Shown one piece after another: positions 39,695 through 49,484 of a DNA stretch of 64,000 nucleotides (positions are counted from its first letter, which is position 1; each line of letters begins with the position of its first letter). Under the pieces are notes generated by a model that worked only from the letters and a program-made list of their open reading frames with translations, was not told where the DNA came from and did no database searches. The stretch spans positions 864,001 through 928,000 of the forward strand of contig OY970067.1 in the NCBI GenBank assembly GCA_963705305.1. Direction: 5' to 3'. Position numbers and translations under genes: made by a program. The DNA is from an uncultured Methylomirabilota bacterium (GTDB lineage Bacteria > Methylomirabilota > Methylomirabilia > Methylomirabilales > 2-02-FULL-66-22).

Positions 39695-40087
39695 ATGTCC
39701 ACGGTGAAATTCATCGAGTATGCGGAGGCCAGCGCCGAAGTGCGCACCGTCTTCGACGACATCAAGCGGACCCGCAACGTCCCCGACGTGAACAACTTCT
39801 GGAAGGTGCTGGCCAACCACCCGCCCACGCTGCGCCGCACCTGGGAAAGCCTCAAGGAGGTCATGGCGCCCGGGGCCCTCGACCCCCTGGTCAAGGAGAT
39901 GCTCTACCTCGCCGTGAGCGTCGCCCACGGCTGTGAGTACTGCATCGCCTCCCACACGGCCGGGGCGCGCAAGCGGGGCATGACGGACCAGATGCTCGGC
40001 GAGCTGCTGGCCGTGGTCGGCATGGCCAGCGAGACCAATCGCCTGGTCACCGGCCTGCGCGTCCCCGTGGACGAGGCCTTCCGCTGA
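39695..40087 (+). CDS. Carboxymuconolactone decarboxylase/AhpD family protein
   Basis: KEMLYLAVS...GCEYCIASH. Confidence 0.92.
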   Translation: MSTVKFIEYAEASAEVRTVFDDIKRTRNVPDVNNFWKVLANHPPTLRRTWESLKEVMAPGALDPLVKEMLYLAVSVAHGCEYCIASHTAGARKRGMTDQMLGELLAVVGMASETNRLVTGLRVPVDEAFR

Positions 40088-40277
40088 CCGGAGCAGGGGC
40101 GGCCGGCCGCAGGCGACGGTCCTGCGGGCGCCGCGCCAACGATCGCCGCCCCAGCCGACCCAAACCCTTTCCTTGACAAACCGACGTGTAGATTATAAAA
40201 ACCCCGACGGGAGGGATCTCGCCCGCCGCTGCGTCTTCGTACCTTCTCAGGCCATCCGCGGGTTCCAGGGAGGACTC

Positions 40278-41624
40278 ATGGACGGAGTCTTTCGCTACAT
40301 CGACGAGAACCGCCAGCGGTTTCTCGACGAGCTGTTCCTTCTGCTTCGCCAGCCCAGCATCAGCGCTCAGAACCAGGGCGTCGCCGAGTGCGCAGCATTG
40401 CTCAAGCGGCAGATGGAGACCATCGGCATCCCCACACAGATCCTGCCCACGGCCGGGCATCCGGTGGTCTGCGGCGAGGTGAGGGCGCCCGCCGCCGCGC
40501 GCACAGTCCTCATCTATGGGCACTACGACATCCAGCCGCCGGAACCCCTTGACCTCTGGAAATCGCCCCCCTTCGAGCCGACCATCCGCGACGGGCGCAT
40601 CTGGGGACGGGGGACCGGCGACAACAAGGGACAGCTCTTCGCCCACCTGAAGGCGGTCGAGGCGATCCTGAAGGTCAACACCACCCTCCCGCTGAACGTG
40701 AAGTTCCTCTTCGAGGGCGAGGAAGAGGTCAGCAGCCGCAGCCTCAGGGCCTTCATGGAAGCCAACCGGGCCAGACTTGCGGCGGACTACTGCTTCTGTT
40801 CGGACGGTGGGATGTACCCCGCCGACCAGCCCGTCGTGGTCTTCGGAGTCCGCGGCATCCTCTACGTCGAAGTAATCGCCAGCGGCGCGAACCGCGACGT
40901 GCACTCCGGGAACCTCGGAACGTTCGTGCCCAAGCCCGCCTGGCGGCTGGTCCAGTTCCTCAACACCCTGGCGGACCCGAGCGGAAGGGTTCTGGTGAAG
41001 GGCTTCTACGACGCGGTGGTCCCGCCCAACGAGGTGGAGGCGAAGGCTATCGCCAGAATCCCCTTCGACACCCGGGTCCTCAGGGATCTGGGTGTGCGCG
41101 AGGTGCTGCCGTCCGGCGGCCCCTCCTTCCCCGAGCGGGTTATGTTCCATCCCACGCTGAACATCTGCGGGCTGACCAGCGGCTACGGCGGGCCGGGCAT
41201 GAAGACCATCGTTCCGCACAGGGCCTCGGTCAAGATCGATATGCGGCTGGTGGTGAACCAAGATCCCGACGATATCTTCGAGAAGTTCACGGCCCATGCG
41301 CGCGCCCACGGATACGGTGACCTGCGGATCGAACGGCTGGGCGGCTTCTACCCGTCCCGCACGCCCATCACCCACCCCCTGGGGCGGGCCGCCGTGGCGG
41401 CCGTCCGGCACGGCTTCGGCAAGGAGCCCCTGCTCTTGCCGTGCATGGGCGGCAGCGATCCGGACTACTACTTCACCAAAGTGCTGGGGCTGCCGCGGGT
41501 GAACGTCCCCTACGCCCCCCACGACGAGAACAACCACGCGCCCAACGAGAACATCATGCTGGAGGGATTCTTCAACGGCATCAAGACGACAGCCGCCTTT
41601 CTGTACGAGGCGTCCCGACTCTGA
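40278..41624 (+). CDS. M20 family metallopeptidase
   Basis: YGHYDIQP, GRGTGDNKG, EGEEE, HSG, HAPNE. Confidence 0.93.
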   Translation: MDGVFRYIDENRQRFLDELFLLLRQPSISAQNQGVAECAALLKRQMETIGIPTQILPTAGHPVVCGEVRAPAAARTVLIYGHYDIQPPEPLDLWKSPPFEPTIRDGRIWGRGTGDNKGQLFAHLKAVEAILKVNTTLPLNVKFLFEGEEEVSSRSLRAFMEANRARLAADYCFCSDGGMYPADQPVVVFGVRGILYVEVIASGANRDVHSGNLGTFVPKPAWRLVQFLNTLADPSGRVLVKGFYDAVVPPNEVEAKAIARIPFDTRVLRDLGVREVLPSGGPSFPERVMFHPTLNICGLTSGYGGPGMKTIVPHRASVKIDMRLVVNQDPDDIFEKFTAHARAHGYGDLRIERLGGFYPSRTPITHPLGRAAVAAVRHGFGKEPLLLPCMGGSDPDYYFTKVLGLPRVNVPYAPHDENNHAPNENIMLEGFFNGIKTTAAFLYEASRL

Positions 41625-41670
41625 GATAAGGGGCGGACGGAGGACTGGCTCAGCACTCAAGGAGGATCGC

Positions 41671-43224
41671 ATGATGCGCAAGAGACTGCTCCTGGTCTTC
41701 CTGGCCTCGGTGATCGCGGTGGGGCTGCTGCCGCCGTTTGGCGGGCCGGCCCACGCCGCCAAGGACAGGGTGGTGGTGGCGTTCGGGTCCAACATTCCGA
41801 CCCTGGACCCGCACATGCACACCAGCCGCCTTGCCCACATCGTTGATTATCACCTGTACGATACCCTGCTGTACCGCGACCCCAAGGACAACTACAAACC
41901 CAGCCCCTGCCTGGCCACCTCGTTGAAGAGCCTCAATCCGACCACCTGGGAGCTGAAGCTGCGCAGGGGTGTGAAGTTCCACAACGGCGAGCCGTTCAAC
42001 GCCGAGGCCGTCAAGTTCTCCCTCGAGCGCATCCTCGATCCGGCCCAGAAGTCCCTCATCCGCGGGAATTTCTCCTGGATCAAGGAGATCAAGGTCATCG
42101 ACGACTACACCGTGCAGCTCATCACCGACAAGCCCTTTCCAGCCGCGGCGGAGTACCTGACCCTGGCCTACATCGTGCCGCCCAAGTACCTGAAGGAGGT
42201 CGGGAACGAGGGCTTTTCGAAGAATCCGGTTGGCACCGGCCCCTACAAGTACGTCGAGTGGCGGAAGTCCGAGCACTTGATTCTGGAGGCGTTCCCCGGA
42301 TACTGGAAGGACAGCCCCAAGGGAATGCCCAAGATCAAGACCATCGTCTTCCGGGCCATCCCCGAGACCACGACCCAGATTGCCGAGCTGCTCTCGGGGG
42401 GCGTGGACATCATCCGGAACGTCCCGCCCGATCAGATCCCGCTGATCAAGAGCTCGTCCAATGCCCGCATCTCGGCCACCAAGATCCTGCGGGTCAACTT
42501 CCTGATGCTGGACAGCTTCGGCCGGGCCAGCCAGACCCCCCTCATGAACCAGAAGGTGCGGCTGGCCATGGCTTATGCCATCAATGTGGACGAGATGCTG
42601 AAGCAGATCCTGGGAGGCTACGCCGAGCGGACAGCCGCGGGGGTGAACCCATTGCACTTCGGGTACGATCCCGCCATCAAGCCCTATCCATATGATCCCG
42701 AGCGGGCCAAGAAGCTTTTGGCGGAGGCCGGCTACCCCAACGGCTTCGAGGTCACTCTCAACACCTACGGTGGCAGCATCACGAGCGTGGACCAGATGGC
42801 GGATGCCATCACCGGCTACCTGGGAAAGGTCGGCATCAAGGTCAAACGCCGCCACATCGAGGACGTGGGGCTCTGGACCAGCTCCAACAAGGAGGGCAAG
42901 CTGGAGGGGATGCTCTACTACAGCTGGGGCTCCAACTCCATCTTCGACGCCGACGCCCTGCTCTACGCGCTGGGCTACTCCAAGGAGCCGCTGAGCTACA
43001 TCAAGGACCCCGACCTGGACGCCCTCCTCGACGCGGCGCGCACCCAGATCGATCCCAAGAAGCGGCTGGAGGCCTATTCCAAGGCCCAGAAGCTCATGCA
43101 CGAGAAGGTCTACTGGATCCCGATCAACGTCCAGTACACCATCGAGGGCGTCAACAAGGACCTCAATTACGAGGCCAGCAGCGACGAGATGATGCGGGTC
43201 TACAGCGCGTCCTGGAAGAACTAG
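41671..43224 (+). CDS. Peptide/nickel ABC substrate-binding protein (DppA/OppA-like)
   Basis: TLDPH, LRRGVKFHNG, PVGTGPY, AKKLLAEAGY. Confidence 0.93.
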   Translation: MMRKRLLLVFLASVIAVGLLPPFGGPAHAAKDRVVVAFGSNIPTLDPHMHTSRLAHIVDYHLYDTLLYRDPKDNYKPSPCLATSLKSLNPTTWELKLRRGVKFHNGEPFNAEAVKFSLERILDPAQKSLIRGNFSWIKEIKVIDDYTVQLITDKPFPAAAEYLTLAYIVPPKYLKEVGNEGFSKNPVGTGPYKYVEWRKSEHLILEAFPGYWKDSPKGMPKIKTIVFRAIPETTTQIAELLSGGVDIIRNVPPDQIPLIKSSSNARISATKILRVNFLMLDSFGRASQTPLMNQKVRLAMAYAINVDEMLKQILGGYAERTAAGVNPLHFGYDPAIKPYPYDPERAKKLLAEAGYPNGFEVTLNTYGGSITSVDQMADAITGYLGKVGIKVKRRHIEDVGLWTSSNKEGKLEGMLYYSWGSNSIFDADALLYALGYSKEPLSYIKDPDLDALLDAARTQIDPKKRLEAYSKAQKLMHEKVYWIPINVQYTIEGVNKDLNYEASSDEMMRVYSASWKN

Positions 43225-43235
43225 GCTAGCGCGGC

Positions 43236-44153
43236 ATGGGTTCGTACGTTCTGAAGCGTCTGGCCGAGGCCGTTGTCGTCTGCTTCGGCATCTCGGTCAT
43301 CACCTTTCTGCTGCTGCACGTGGCGGGTGACCCGATCAACTTGCTCTTGTCCATCGAGTCCAAGGCGGAGGACGCCATCCTCCTGCGGAAGACCCTGGGC
43401 CTCGACCAGCCGCTGTACGTCCAGTACTGGATCTTCCTGAAGGGACTGCTCCGGCTCGACTTCGGGAACTCCCTGTTCATCCGGGAGTCGGCGCTCAGCC
43501 TGGTGCTGGAACGGCTGCCGGCCACGCTGGAGCTGACTGTTGCGGGGATGGTGGTGGCCATCCTGATCTCCATTCCTCTCGGCGTGCTGGCGGCGATCCG
43601 CCGCTACTCCGTTCTGGACAACCTGTGCACCATGCTGGCGGTCTCGGGCCAGGCCATGCCCATCTTCTGGCTGGGCCTGATGCTGATCATCCTCCTGTCG
43701 GTGAAGCTCCATCTGCTGCCTGCTTCCGGGCGCGGCACGCCCCTGCATCTGGTCATGCCCGCCATCACGCTGGGCGCCGCCCTAGCCCCCATCATCATGC
43801 GGATGACCCGCTCCAAGATGCTGGATATCCTCTCCGCCGACTACGTCCGCACGGCCCGGGCCAAGGGCGTTCATGAGCGGCTGGTCTTGTTCAAGCACGC
43901 CTTCCGGAACGCCTCCACCCCGATCGTGACCATCCTGGGCCTCCAGTTCGGTCGCCTGTTGGGCGGAGCCATCATCACCGAGACGGTCTTCGCCTGGCCC
44001 GGGCTCGGGAACCTGGCCGTGACGGCCATCCGGAATTTCGACTATCCCCTGGCCCAGGCCGCCATCCTGACGATGGCCCTGATGGTCGTCCTGGTGAACC
44101 TGGCCATCGACATTCTGGTGGGCTTCCTCGATCCGCGGATCCGGTTCGACTAA
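43236..44153 (+). CDS. Peptide ABC permease (DppB-like)
   Basis: GLDQPLYVQY, RLPATLEL, DYVRTARAKG, ETVFAWPGLG. Confidence 0.93.
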   Translation: MGSYVLKRLAEAVVVCFGISVITFLLLHVAGDPINLLLSIESKAEDAILLRKTLGLDQPLYVQYWIFLKGLLRLDFGNSLFIRESALSLVLERLPATLELTVAGMVVAILISIPLGVLAAIRRYSVLDNLCTMLAVSGQAMPIFWLGLMLIILLSVKLHLLPASGRGTPLHLVMPAITLGAALAPIIMRMTRSKMLDILSADYVRTARAKGVHERLVLFKHAFRNASTPIVTILGLQFGRLLGGAIITETVFAWPGLGNLAVTAIRNFDYPLAQAAILTMALMVVLVNLAIDILVGFLDPRIRFD

Positions 44154-44166
44154 CGGGGACCCGGGC

Positions 44167-45006
44167 GTGACCTTGCGCAAGGTATGGAAACACCGTGCCG
44201 GCATCGTGGGGCTGCTCATTGTGCTCGGGATGTCCGCGGTGGCCGTCTTCGCCGGCTCCGTGTCCCCCCACGATCCTTACGATCAGAACGTCATGAACCG
44301 GCTCAAGCCCCCCGTGTGGGCCGAAGGGGGGAGCGCGGACCACCTGCTGGGGACCGATCCGGTGGGGCGGGACATCCTGAGCCGGATCATTTACGGATCG
44401 CGGATCTCCCTGGCCACGGGGGCCTCCGCGGTGCTCATCGCCGTCGTCATCGGGGTCCTGCTCGGCCTGGCGGGAGGGTACTACGGCGGCCTGGTGGACT
44501 CGGTCATCAATAACCTGGTCAACATCATGATGGCCTTCCCCTTCATGCTGCTGGCCTTGACCGCAGTGGCCGTCATGGGCCCGAGTTTTCGCAACCTCGT
44601 CATCGTCCTCGGCGTCACCGGCTGGCCCATCTACACCCGCGTCATCCGGGCCGAGGCCTACCACCTGAAGGCCCTGGAGTTCGTATCCGCCGCGCGGGCC
44701 ATTGGCCTCTCCAGCCTGCGGATCATCGGCAAGCACATCCTGCCCAACGTCATCAACACCATCATCGTCACCGCCAGCCTGGAGGTTGCCCGGATGATCA
44801 TCCAGGAGTCCTTTCTCAGCTTCCTGGGCCTGGGGGTGCAGCCTCCGACCCCGTCCTGGGGGGGAATGCTGGGCGAGGGGCGCACCTACATGCTGACCCA
44901 GTGGTGGCTGGCGGCCTTCCCCGGTCTGGCCATTTTCATCACGACCCTCGGCATCAACCTGCTGGGCGACGGCCTGCGCGACCTGTTGGACCCCCACCAG
45001 TATTGA
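44167..45006 (+). CDS. Peptide ABC permease (DppC-like)
   Basis: LGTDPVGRD, HILPN, LSFLGLG, NLLGDGLRD. Confidence 0.93.
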   Translation: MTLRKVWKHRAGIVGLLIVLGMSAVAVFAGSVSPHDPYDQNVMNRLKPPVWAEGGSADHLLGTDPVGRDILSRIIYGSRISLATGASAVLIAVVIGVLLGLAGGYYGGLVDSVINNLVNIMMAFPFMLLALTAVAVMGPSFRNLVIVLGVTGWPIYTRVIRAEAYHLKALEFVSAARAIGLSSLRIIGKHILPNVINTIIVTASLEVARMIIQESFLSFLGLGVQPPTPSWGGMLGEGRTYMLTQWWLAAFPGLAIFITTLGINLLGDGLRDLLDPHQY

Positions 45007-45033
45007 GTCCCCGTCTCGCCTCGGGCAAACCGT

Positions 45034-45063
45034 TTGACAGCCCTTTCCGTCCCTGGATACAAT
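45034..45063 (+). promoter_or_regulatory. Sigma70 promoter for glgD-like/glgC, likely leaderless
   Basis: TTGACA-N18-TACAAT ending 6 nt before ATG 45070. Confidence 0.55.
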
Positions 45064-45069
45064 CAAATC

Positions 45070-46332
45070 ATGAACAGGATTCTCGGCATGGTCCTGGCGG
45101 GGGGGCGGGTGGACGAGCTGCTGGTGCTCACGGCCAACCGGCCCAAGAGCGCCCTGCCGATGTGGGGGATGTACCGGATCATCGATTTCGTCCTCTCCAA
45201 CCTGATGTACGCTGGGATCGAGGTCGTCGGCGTCCTGTCGCAATACCGGCCCTATTCCCTGATCACCCACCTGGCCAACGGCGAGCCCTGGGATTACGTC
45301 GGCCGCTCCCGCGCCCTGCGGATCCTGAGCCCCTACAAGGCCGCCGAGGACTCCGACTGGTACAAGGGCACGGCCGATGCCCTGTACCAGAACCTCGGCT
45401 TCATCGAGCGGTACGCCCCCGACCTGGTCCTGGTGGCGTCCGGCGACCACGTCTACTCCATGGACTACCGCCCCCTGCTGAGGCAGCATGCCGCGACCGG
45501 GGCGGACCTCACCATCGCATTCAAGCGGGTCCCCCGCGAGCGCGCCCATCTCTACGGTACGGCCGTCCTGGATCCGGCCGGCCGCGTCGTGACCTATCAG
45601 GAGAAGGTACAGAACCCGGAGGGAGACCTTGCCTCCCTGACCGTCTATGTCTTCAACACGACCTGCCTCGTGGACCGTCTGAAAGAGAACGCCCGCGAGG
45701 GCACACACTTCCAGATCTACTCGGAGATCATCCCCCGCATGGTGGCGGAGGGGGCGCGGGTATACGGGTGGGTGTTCAACGGGTACTGGCAATACGCCCG
45801 GACCCTGGATACCTACTACACCACGAACATGGACATCCTGAGCGACCGCGGCCCCGATCTCTCGGCCTGGCAAGTGCGGACGAATCTCAACCCCGGCACC
45901 ATGGGCGACCGTGTTCCGACCCTGTTCCTGGAATCGGCGCGGGCGAGCGGCTCACTGGTGTGCTGCGACGCCGTTCTGGACGGCAGCGTGGAGAACAGCA
46001 TCGTCTCGCCGGGGGTCGTCATCGAGCGCGGGGCCGTCGTGCGCGACTCGGTGATCATGAGCCGCTGCCGGATCGAGTCCGGGGCCGTCGTGGATCGGGC
46101 CATCCTGGACAAGGGCGTGCGCGTGGGCCGGAACGCCTGCGTGGGCTGGGGGGAGATCGTTCCCCACGATCAGCATGCCCACACCCTGTCCGGCGGGGTG
46201 ACGGTGATCGGTAAGGGCTCCACCATCCCGGCGGAGCGCCGCATCGGCCGCAGCTGCGTCGTCCATCCCGGCCTGCGCGAGGCCGACTTCCCCCGGGCGG
46301 ACGTCCGCTCCGGGACGACGGTGGGCCCATGA
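45070..46332 (+). CDS. ADP-glucose pyrophosphorylase family subunit, GlgD-like
   Basis: LAGGRVDEL (degenerate GxG(T/S)R loop), YRIIDF, WYKGTADA, SGDHVY, hexapeptide repeats. Confidence 0.8.
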   Translation: MNRILGMVLAGGRVDELLVLTANRPKSALPMWGMYRIIDFVLSNLMYAGIEVVGVLSQYRPYSLITHLANGEPWDYVGRSRALRILSPYKAAEDSDWYKGTADALYQNLGFIERYAPDLVLVASGDHVYSMDYRPLLRQHAATGADLTIAFKRVPRERAHLYGTAVLDPAGRVVTYQEKVQNPEGDLASLTVYVFNTTCLVDRLKENAREGTHFQIYSEIIPRMVAEGARVYGWVFNGYWQYARTLDTYYTTNMDILSDRGPDLSAWQVRTNLNPGTMGDRVPTLFLESARASGSLVCCDAVLDGSVENSIVSPGVVIERGAVVRDSVIMSRCRIESGAVVDRAILDKGVRVGRNACVGWGEIVPHDQHAHTLSGGVTVIGKGSTIPAERRIGRSCVVHPGLREADFPRADVRSGTTVGP

Positions 46333-47603
46333 GATCGGCGCGGGATACGCTGGTGATGCTCCTGGCCGGCGGCGTGGGCAGCCGGCTCAACATCCTGGCT
46401 TCCGAGCGGGCCAAGCCCGCCGTGCCCTTCGGCGGCGCCTACCGCATCATCGATTTCACCCTGTCCAACGTCATGCACTCCGGGCTGGAGCGCGTCGGGC
46501 TCCTCACGCAGTACCGCCCCCTCTCCCTCATGGACCACGTGCGCGGCGGGGAGCCGTGGGATCTCATCGGACGCGAGCGCGGCGTGAAGATCCTCCCGCC
46601 CCACACCGGCAAGGAGGATTCGGACTGGTACAAGGGGACGGCCGATGCGGTGTACCAGAACCTGGAGTTCATGGACGAGCACCGGCCGGACAAGGTCCTC
46701 ATCCTGTCGGGCGACCATATCTACCGGATGGACTACGAGCGCATGATCGCCGCCCACGAGTCGCGCGGCGCCAACGTCACCATCGCCGCCATGCCGGTCC
46801 CCTGGGAGGACACCCAGCGCTTCGGGGTGATCGCGGCCGACACAACCTCCTGGATCGTCGAGTTCCAGGAGAAGGTGAAGGACGCCAAGAGCAACCTCGC
46901 CTCCATGGGCGTCTACGTGTTCAGCTACGCCGTGCTGGCGGAGGAGCTCCGGAGCGTGGTCGGAACCAGGACGGGCTTCGACTTCGGCAAGGATATCGTG
47001 CCGGGGATGCTGGGCCGGAGGAAGCTGCTCTGCTACCCCTTCAAGGGGTACTGGCGGGACGTGGGGACGATCAAGGCCTACCACGAGGCCAACATGGACT
47101 GCCTGAACGCCGAGAGCGGCCTCGACCTTCGGCGCTGGGAGCTTCGCTCGGCGCCGGAGGTCCAGCGCTCGGGAGACCGGCCCCCCATCCTGCTGGGCCG
47201 CGCCGCCTCGGTGACCCGCTCACTCGTCGCCAAGGGCTGTGTCATCGAAGGCGGCGTGGAAAACAGCGTGATCTTCCCCGGCGTGCGCATCGGCAAGGGG
47301 GCCCGGGTGCGGGATTCGATCATCATGCACGACAGCGCGGTGGGCGACGGCTGCCGGGTCGAGTACGCGGTCATCGACAAACGGTGCGTGTTGGGCCCCG
47401 GGACCATCATCGGCGAGGGCCGCGCCGACGTGGCCAACCGGAAGTTTCCCGGTCACCTCGACTGCGGCATCAGCGTGGTTGGCAAGACCGTCGTGATTCC
47501 CGGCGGCACGATGGTGGGCAAGAACTGCATCATCGCGCCCCGCGTGGACCTGACCGCGCACGGCGCGGTGCGCCTGGAGGACGGGGAAACCGTCGAATCC
47601 TAA
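46329..47603 (+). CDS. glgC: Glucose-1-phosphate adenylyltransferase
   Basis: LAGGVGSRL...RAKPAVPFGG.YRIIDF, FQEK, ASMGVY, DFGKD, YWRDVGT. Confidence 0.92.
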   Translation: MRSARDTLVMLLAGGVGSRLNILASERAKPAVPFGGAYRIIDFTLSNVMHSGLERVGLLTQYRPLSLMDHVRGGEPWDLIGRERGVKILPPHTGKEDSDWYKGTADAVYQNLEFMDEHRPDKVLILSGDHIYRMDYERMIAAHESRGANVTIAAMPVPWEDTQRFGVIAADTTSWIVEFQEKVKDAKSNLASMGVYVFSYAVLAEELRSVVGTRTGFDFGKDIVPGMLGRRKLLCYPFKGYWRDVGTIKAYHEANMDCLNAESGLDLRRWELRSAPEVQRSGDRPPILLGRAASVTRSLVAKGCVIEGGVENSVIFPGVRIGKGARVRDSIIMHDSAVGDGCRVEYAVIDKRCVLGPGTIIGEGRADVANRKFPGHLDCGISVVGKTVVIPGGTMVGKNCIIAPRVDLTAHGAVRLEDGETVES

Positions 47604-47870
47604 CAGGCTGCCGAAAAAGGCCCATCCGCCGGGTACCCATCTGATGGGTGCCCATCCTTCGGACGGGTACCCCGCGCGCTTGGGCACTCGCTGCGGCGTA
47701 GCGGAAGTACGCCTTGACCCGCCTGCGGCGGGTGCCCCGCCCCGGGTACCCATCCCAAGGGGTGGGTGACGCTGCCTTGCCGTTCGGCTTGCTCACGGCC
47801 CCGAGCGACGTCGAGGGGCATCTGGACCTTTTTGAGCAGCCTGGGCGAAAGCGGGTTTTTCAACCTCCTG
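47604..47870 (+). mobile_element. MITE copy 3 (expanded) with CTAA target duplication
   Basis: CTAA|CAGGCTGCCGAAAAAGGCCCATC...CATCTGGACCTTTTTGAGCAGCCTG...TTTTTCAACCTCCTG|CTAA. Confidence 0.85.
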
Positions 47871-47897
47871 CTAAGGGCTGCACTCCAGCGGAATCTC

Positions 47898-47965
47898 CGT
47901 CATTCCGGCGAAAGCCGGAATCCAGAATTTCCCCCCCTGTCGCTCCGGCGAACGCCGGGCCCGGG
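47898..47965 (+). repeat. REP-like palindrome plus a degenerate copy
   Basis: CGTCATTCCGGCGAAAGCCGGAATCCAG at 47898-47925; TGTCGCTCCGGCGAACGCCGG from about 47938. Confidence 0.85.
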
Positions 47966-47999
47966 ATGGCAACGCCGAGAAACCTCCGAAGGCCCTACC

Positions 48000-48680
48000 C
48001 TATCCAAGAGTCCGCTTCAGGCGCGAGGCGCGCCATTTCCAGGGGCGGTCCTCCGCCCGACGGTACCAGGGGGCGGTCCGGTACGAGGTGAAGGCCTCCT
48101 GGAGCGCGGCGCGCGCCTCATCCCGCCTCGCCAGACGATCCAGCGCCTCCCCCAGCTTGTACCAGCCCTCCACGCTGGAGCCGTGTATCCCGGTGGCCTG
48201 ACGGTAGCGCTGGGCCGCCTCCTCCCACTCGCCGCGCTCGGCCCGGAAGTCCCCCAGGCGCAGGTACGGCTCCCCGTAGCCGAATTTGGGATTGATCTCA
48301 AGGGCTCGCTCCACCAGTTGGCGCCCCCGCTCGATGTCGCCGTCGTGCAGCAGACACAGACCCAACCCGTAGTTGGCCTCGGATAGGTCGTCAACGCGCG
48401 GGAAGGCCTGCTCCAGCTCCGCCCGGGCCTCCTTGAAGCGTCCGCGCCGGACCATGATCATCCCCAGGTCGGTCCGGGCCTTCACGTCGTGCGGGTTGAG
48501 GCCGAGCTCGCGCCGGAGCCGCCCCGCCTCTCCCCACTCTCGCATTTTTCGGCTGAGTCGCCAGGCCCAGCGCGAGCCCGCCCACCATCCCGGCAGGGAC
48601 AGGAGGACGAGGACCAGGATCGCCAGGATCGGATTGCCGAGGATCCAGGTGAGCAGGGCGAAGAGGAGGAAGCGACCCAT
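48000..48680 (-). CDS. Membrane-anchored TPR protein
   Basis: Hydrophobic N-terminus followed by TPR-like repeats (ANYGLGLCL, ALEINP, WYKLGEAL). Confidence 0.85.
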   Translation of the reverse strand: MGRFLLFALLTWILGNPILAILVLVLLSLPGWWAGSRWAWRLSRKMREWGEAGRLRRELGLNPHDVKARTDLGMIMVRRGRFKEARAELEQAFPRVDDLSEANYGLGLCLLHDGDIERGRQLVERALEINPKFGYGEPYLRLGDFRAERGEWEEAAQRYRQATGIHGSSVEGWYKLGEALDRLARRDEARAALQEAFTSYRTAPWYRRAEDRPWKWRASRLKRTLG

Positions 48681-48825
48681 ACCGACTCCAGGCCGGGGTG
48701 CCGACGCGTTCGCACGCCGGAACGCGTCGCGGCGCCTCCCATTTCGGCTTCCGAGCCCCCGGGCCACATGATGAGAATGGGGACGGAGGTCCCGTCCCCT
48801 ATCGCGCGGTTGTCCTGCGCCAGGA

Positions 48826-49395
48826 TCACGCCGTCAGGATCTCTTTCAAGCGCGCCTTGGAATCTTCCAGAACGACAGCGTGCAGGCTGTTGCCGTGGGC
48901 ATCCATCGTGACCACGGCCGGGAACTCCTTCACCCGCAGCGCCCAGATGGCTTCCGGGCTGCCGAACTGCTCGAGATACACACCCAAGACCTCGGTGACG
49001 CTTTCCGCCAGGACCTGGGCGGCTCCCCCCACGGCATGCAGGTACACGCAGCCCACCTTGGCGCAGGCCTCCAGGGTCTTGGGACCCATGCCCCCCTTGC
49101 CGATCACCGCCCGCAGCTTGAACCGCTCGATCAATTCGCCCTGGAACGGCTCTTCCCGGATCGAGGTCGTCGGTCCGGCCGCCGTGACGACCCACTTGCC
49201 CTTCTGCTTGATCACCACCGGGCCGCAGTGGTAGATCATCTGGTTTTCCAGTGGCACCGGCGGGGGATTTCCCTCGTGCAGGTACTTGTGCACGGCGTCG
49301 CGGCCGGTATAGACCTTGCCGGAGATGTGCACCATGTCCCCCGTCTTCAACGCGCGGATCTTCTCCTCGGTGTACGGCTCAGCCAGCTGGATCAT
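48826..49395 (-). CDS. Class I fumarate hydratase/tartrate dehydratase beta subunit
   Basis: TGRDAVH, YHCGP, AGPTTS, IGKGGMG, MDAHG. Confidence 0.93.
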   Translation of the reverse strand: MIQLAEPYTEEKIRALKTGDMVHISGKVYTGRDAVHKYLHEGNPPPVPLENQMIYHCGPVVIKQKGKWVVTAAGPTTSIREEPFQGELIERFKLRAVIGKGGMGPKTLEACAKVGCVYLHAVGGAAQVLAESVTEVLGVYLEQFGSPEAIWALRVKEFPAVVTMDAHGNSLHAVVLEDSKARLKEILTA

Positions 49396-49416
49396 GATCG
49401 CCCCCTGGGGAGAGAT

Positions 49417-49445
49417 GTCAGTGGTCAGCGGTCAGCGGTCAGCGG
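49417..49445. repeat. Heptamer tandem repeat (GTCAGCG)x4
   Basis: gtcagtg gtcagcg gtcagcg gtcagcg g. Confidence 0.8.
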
Positions 49446-49484
49446 CGCTGGTAATGCAGCGCGTCGGAAATCTCTTGATGTCCT

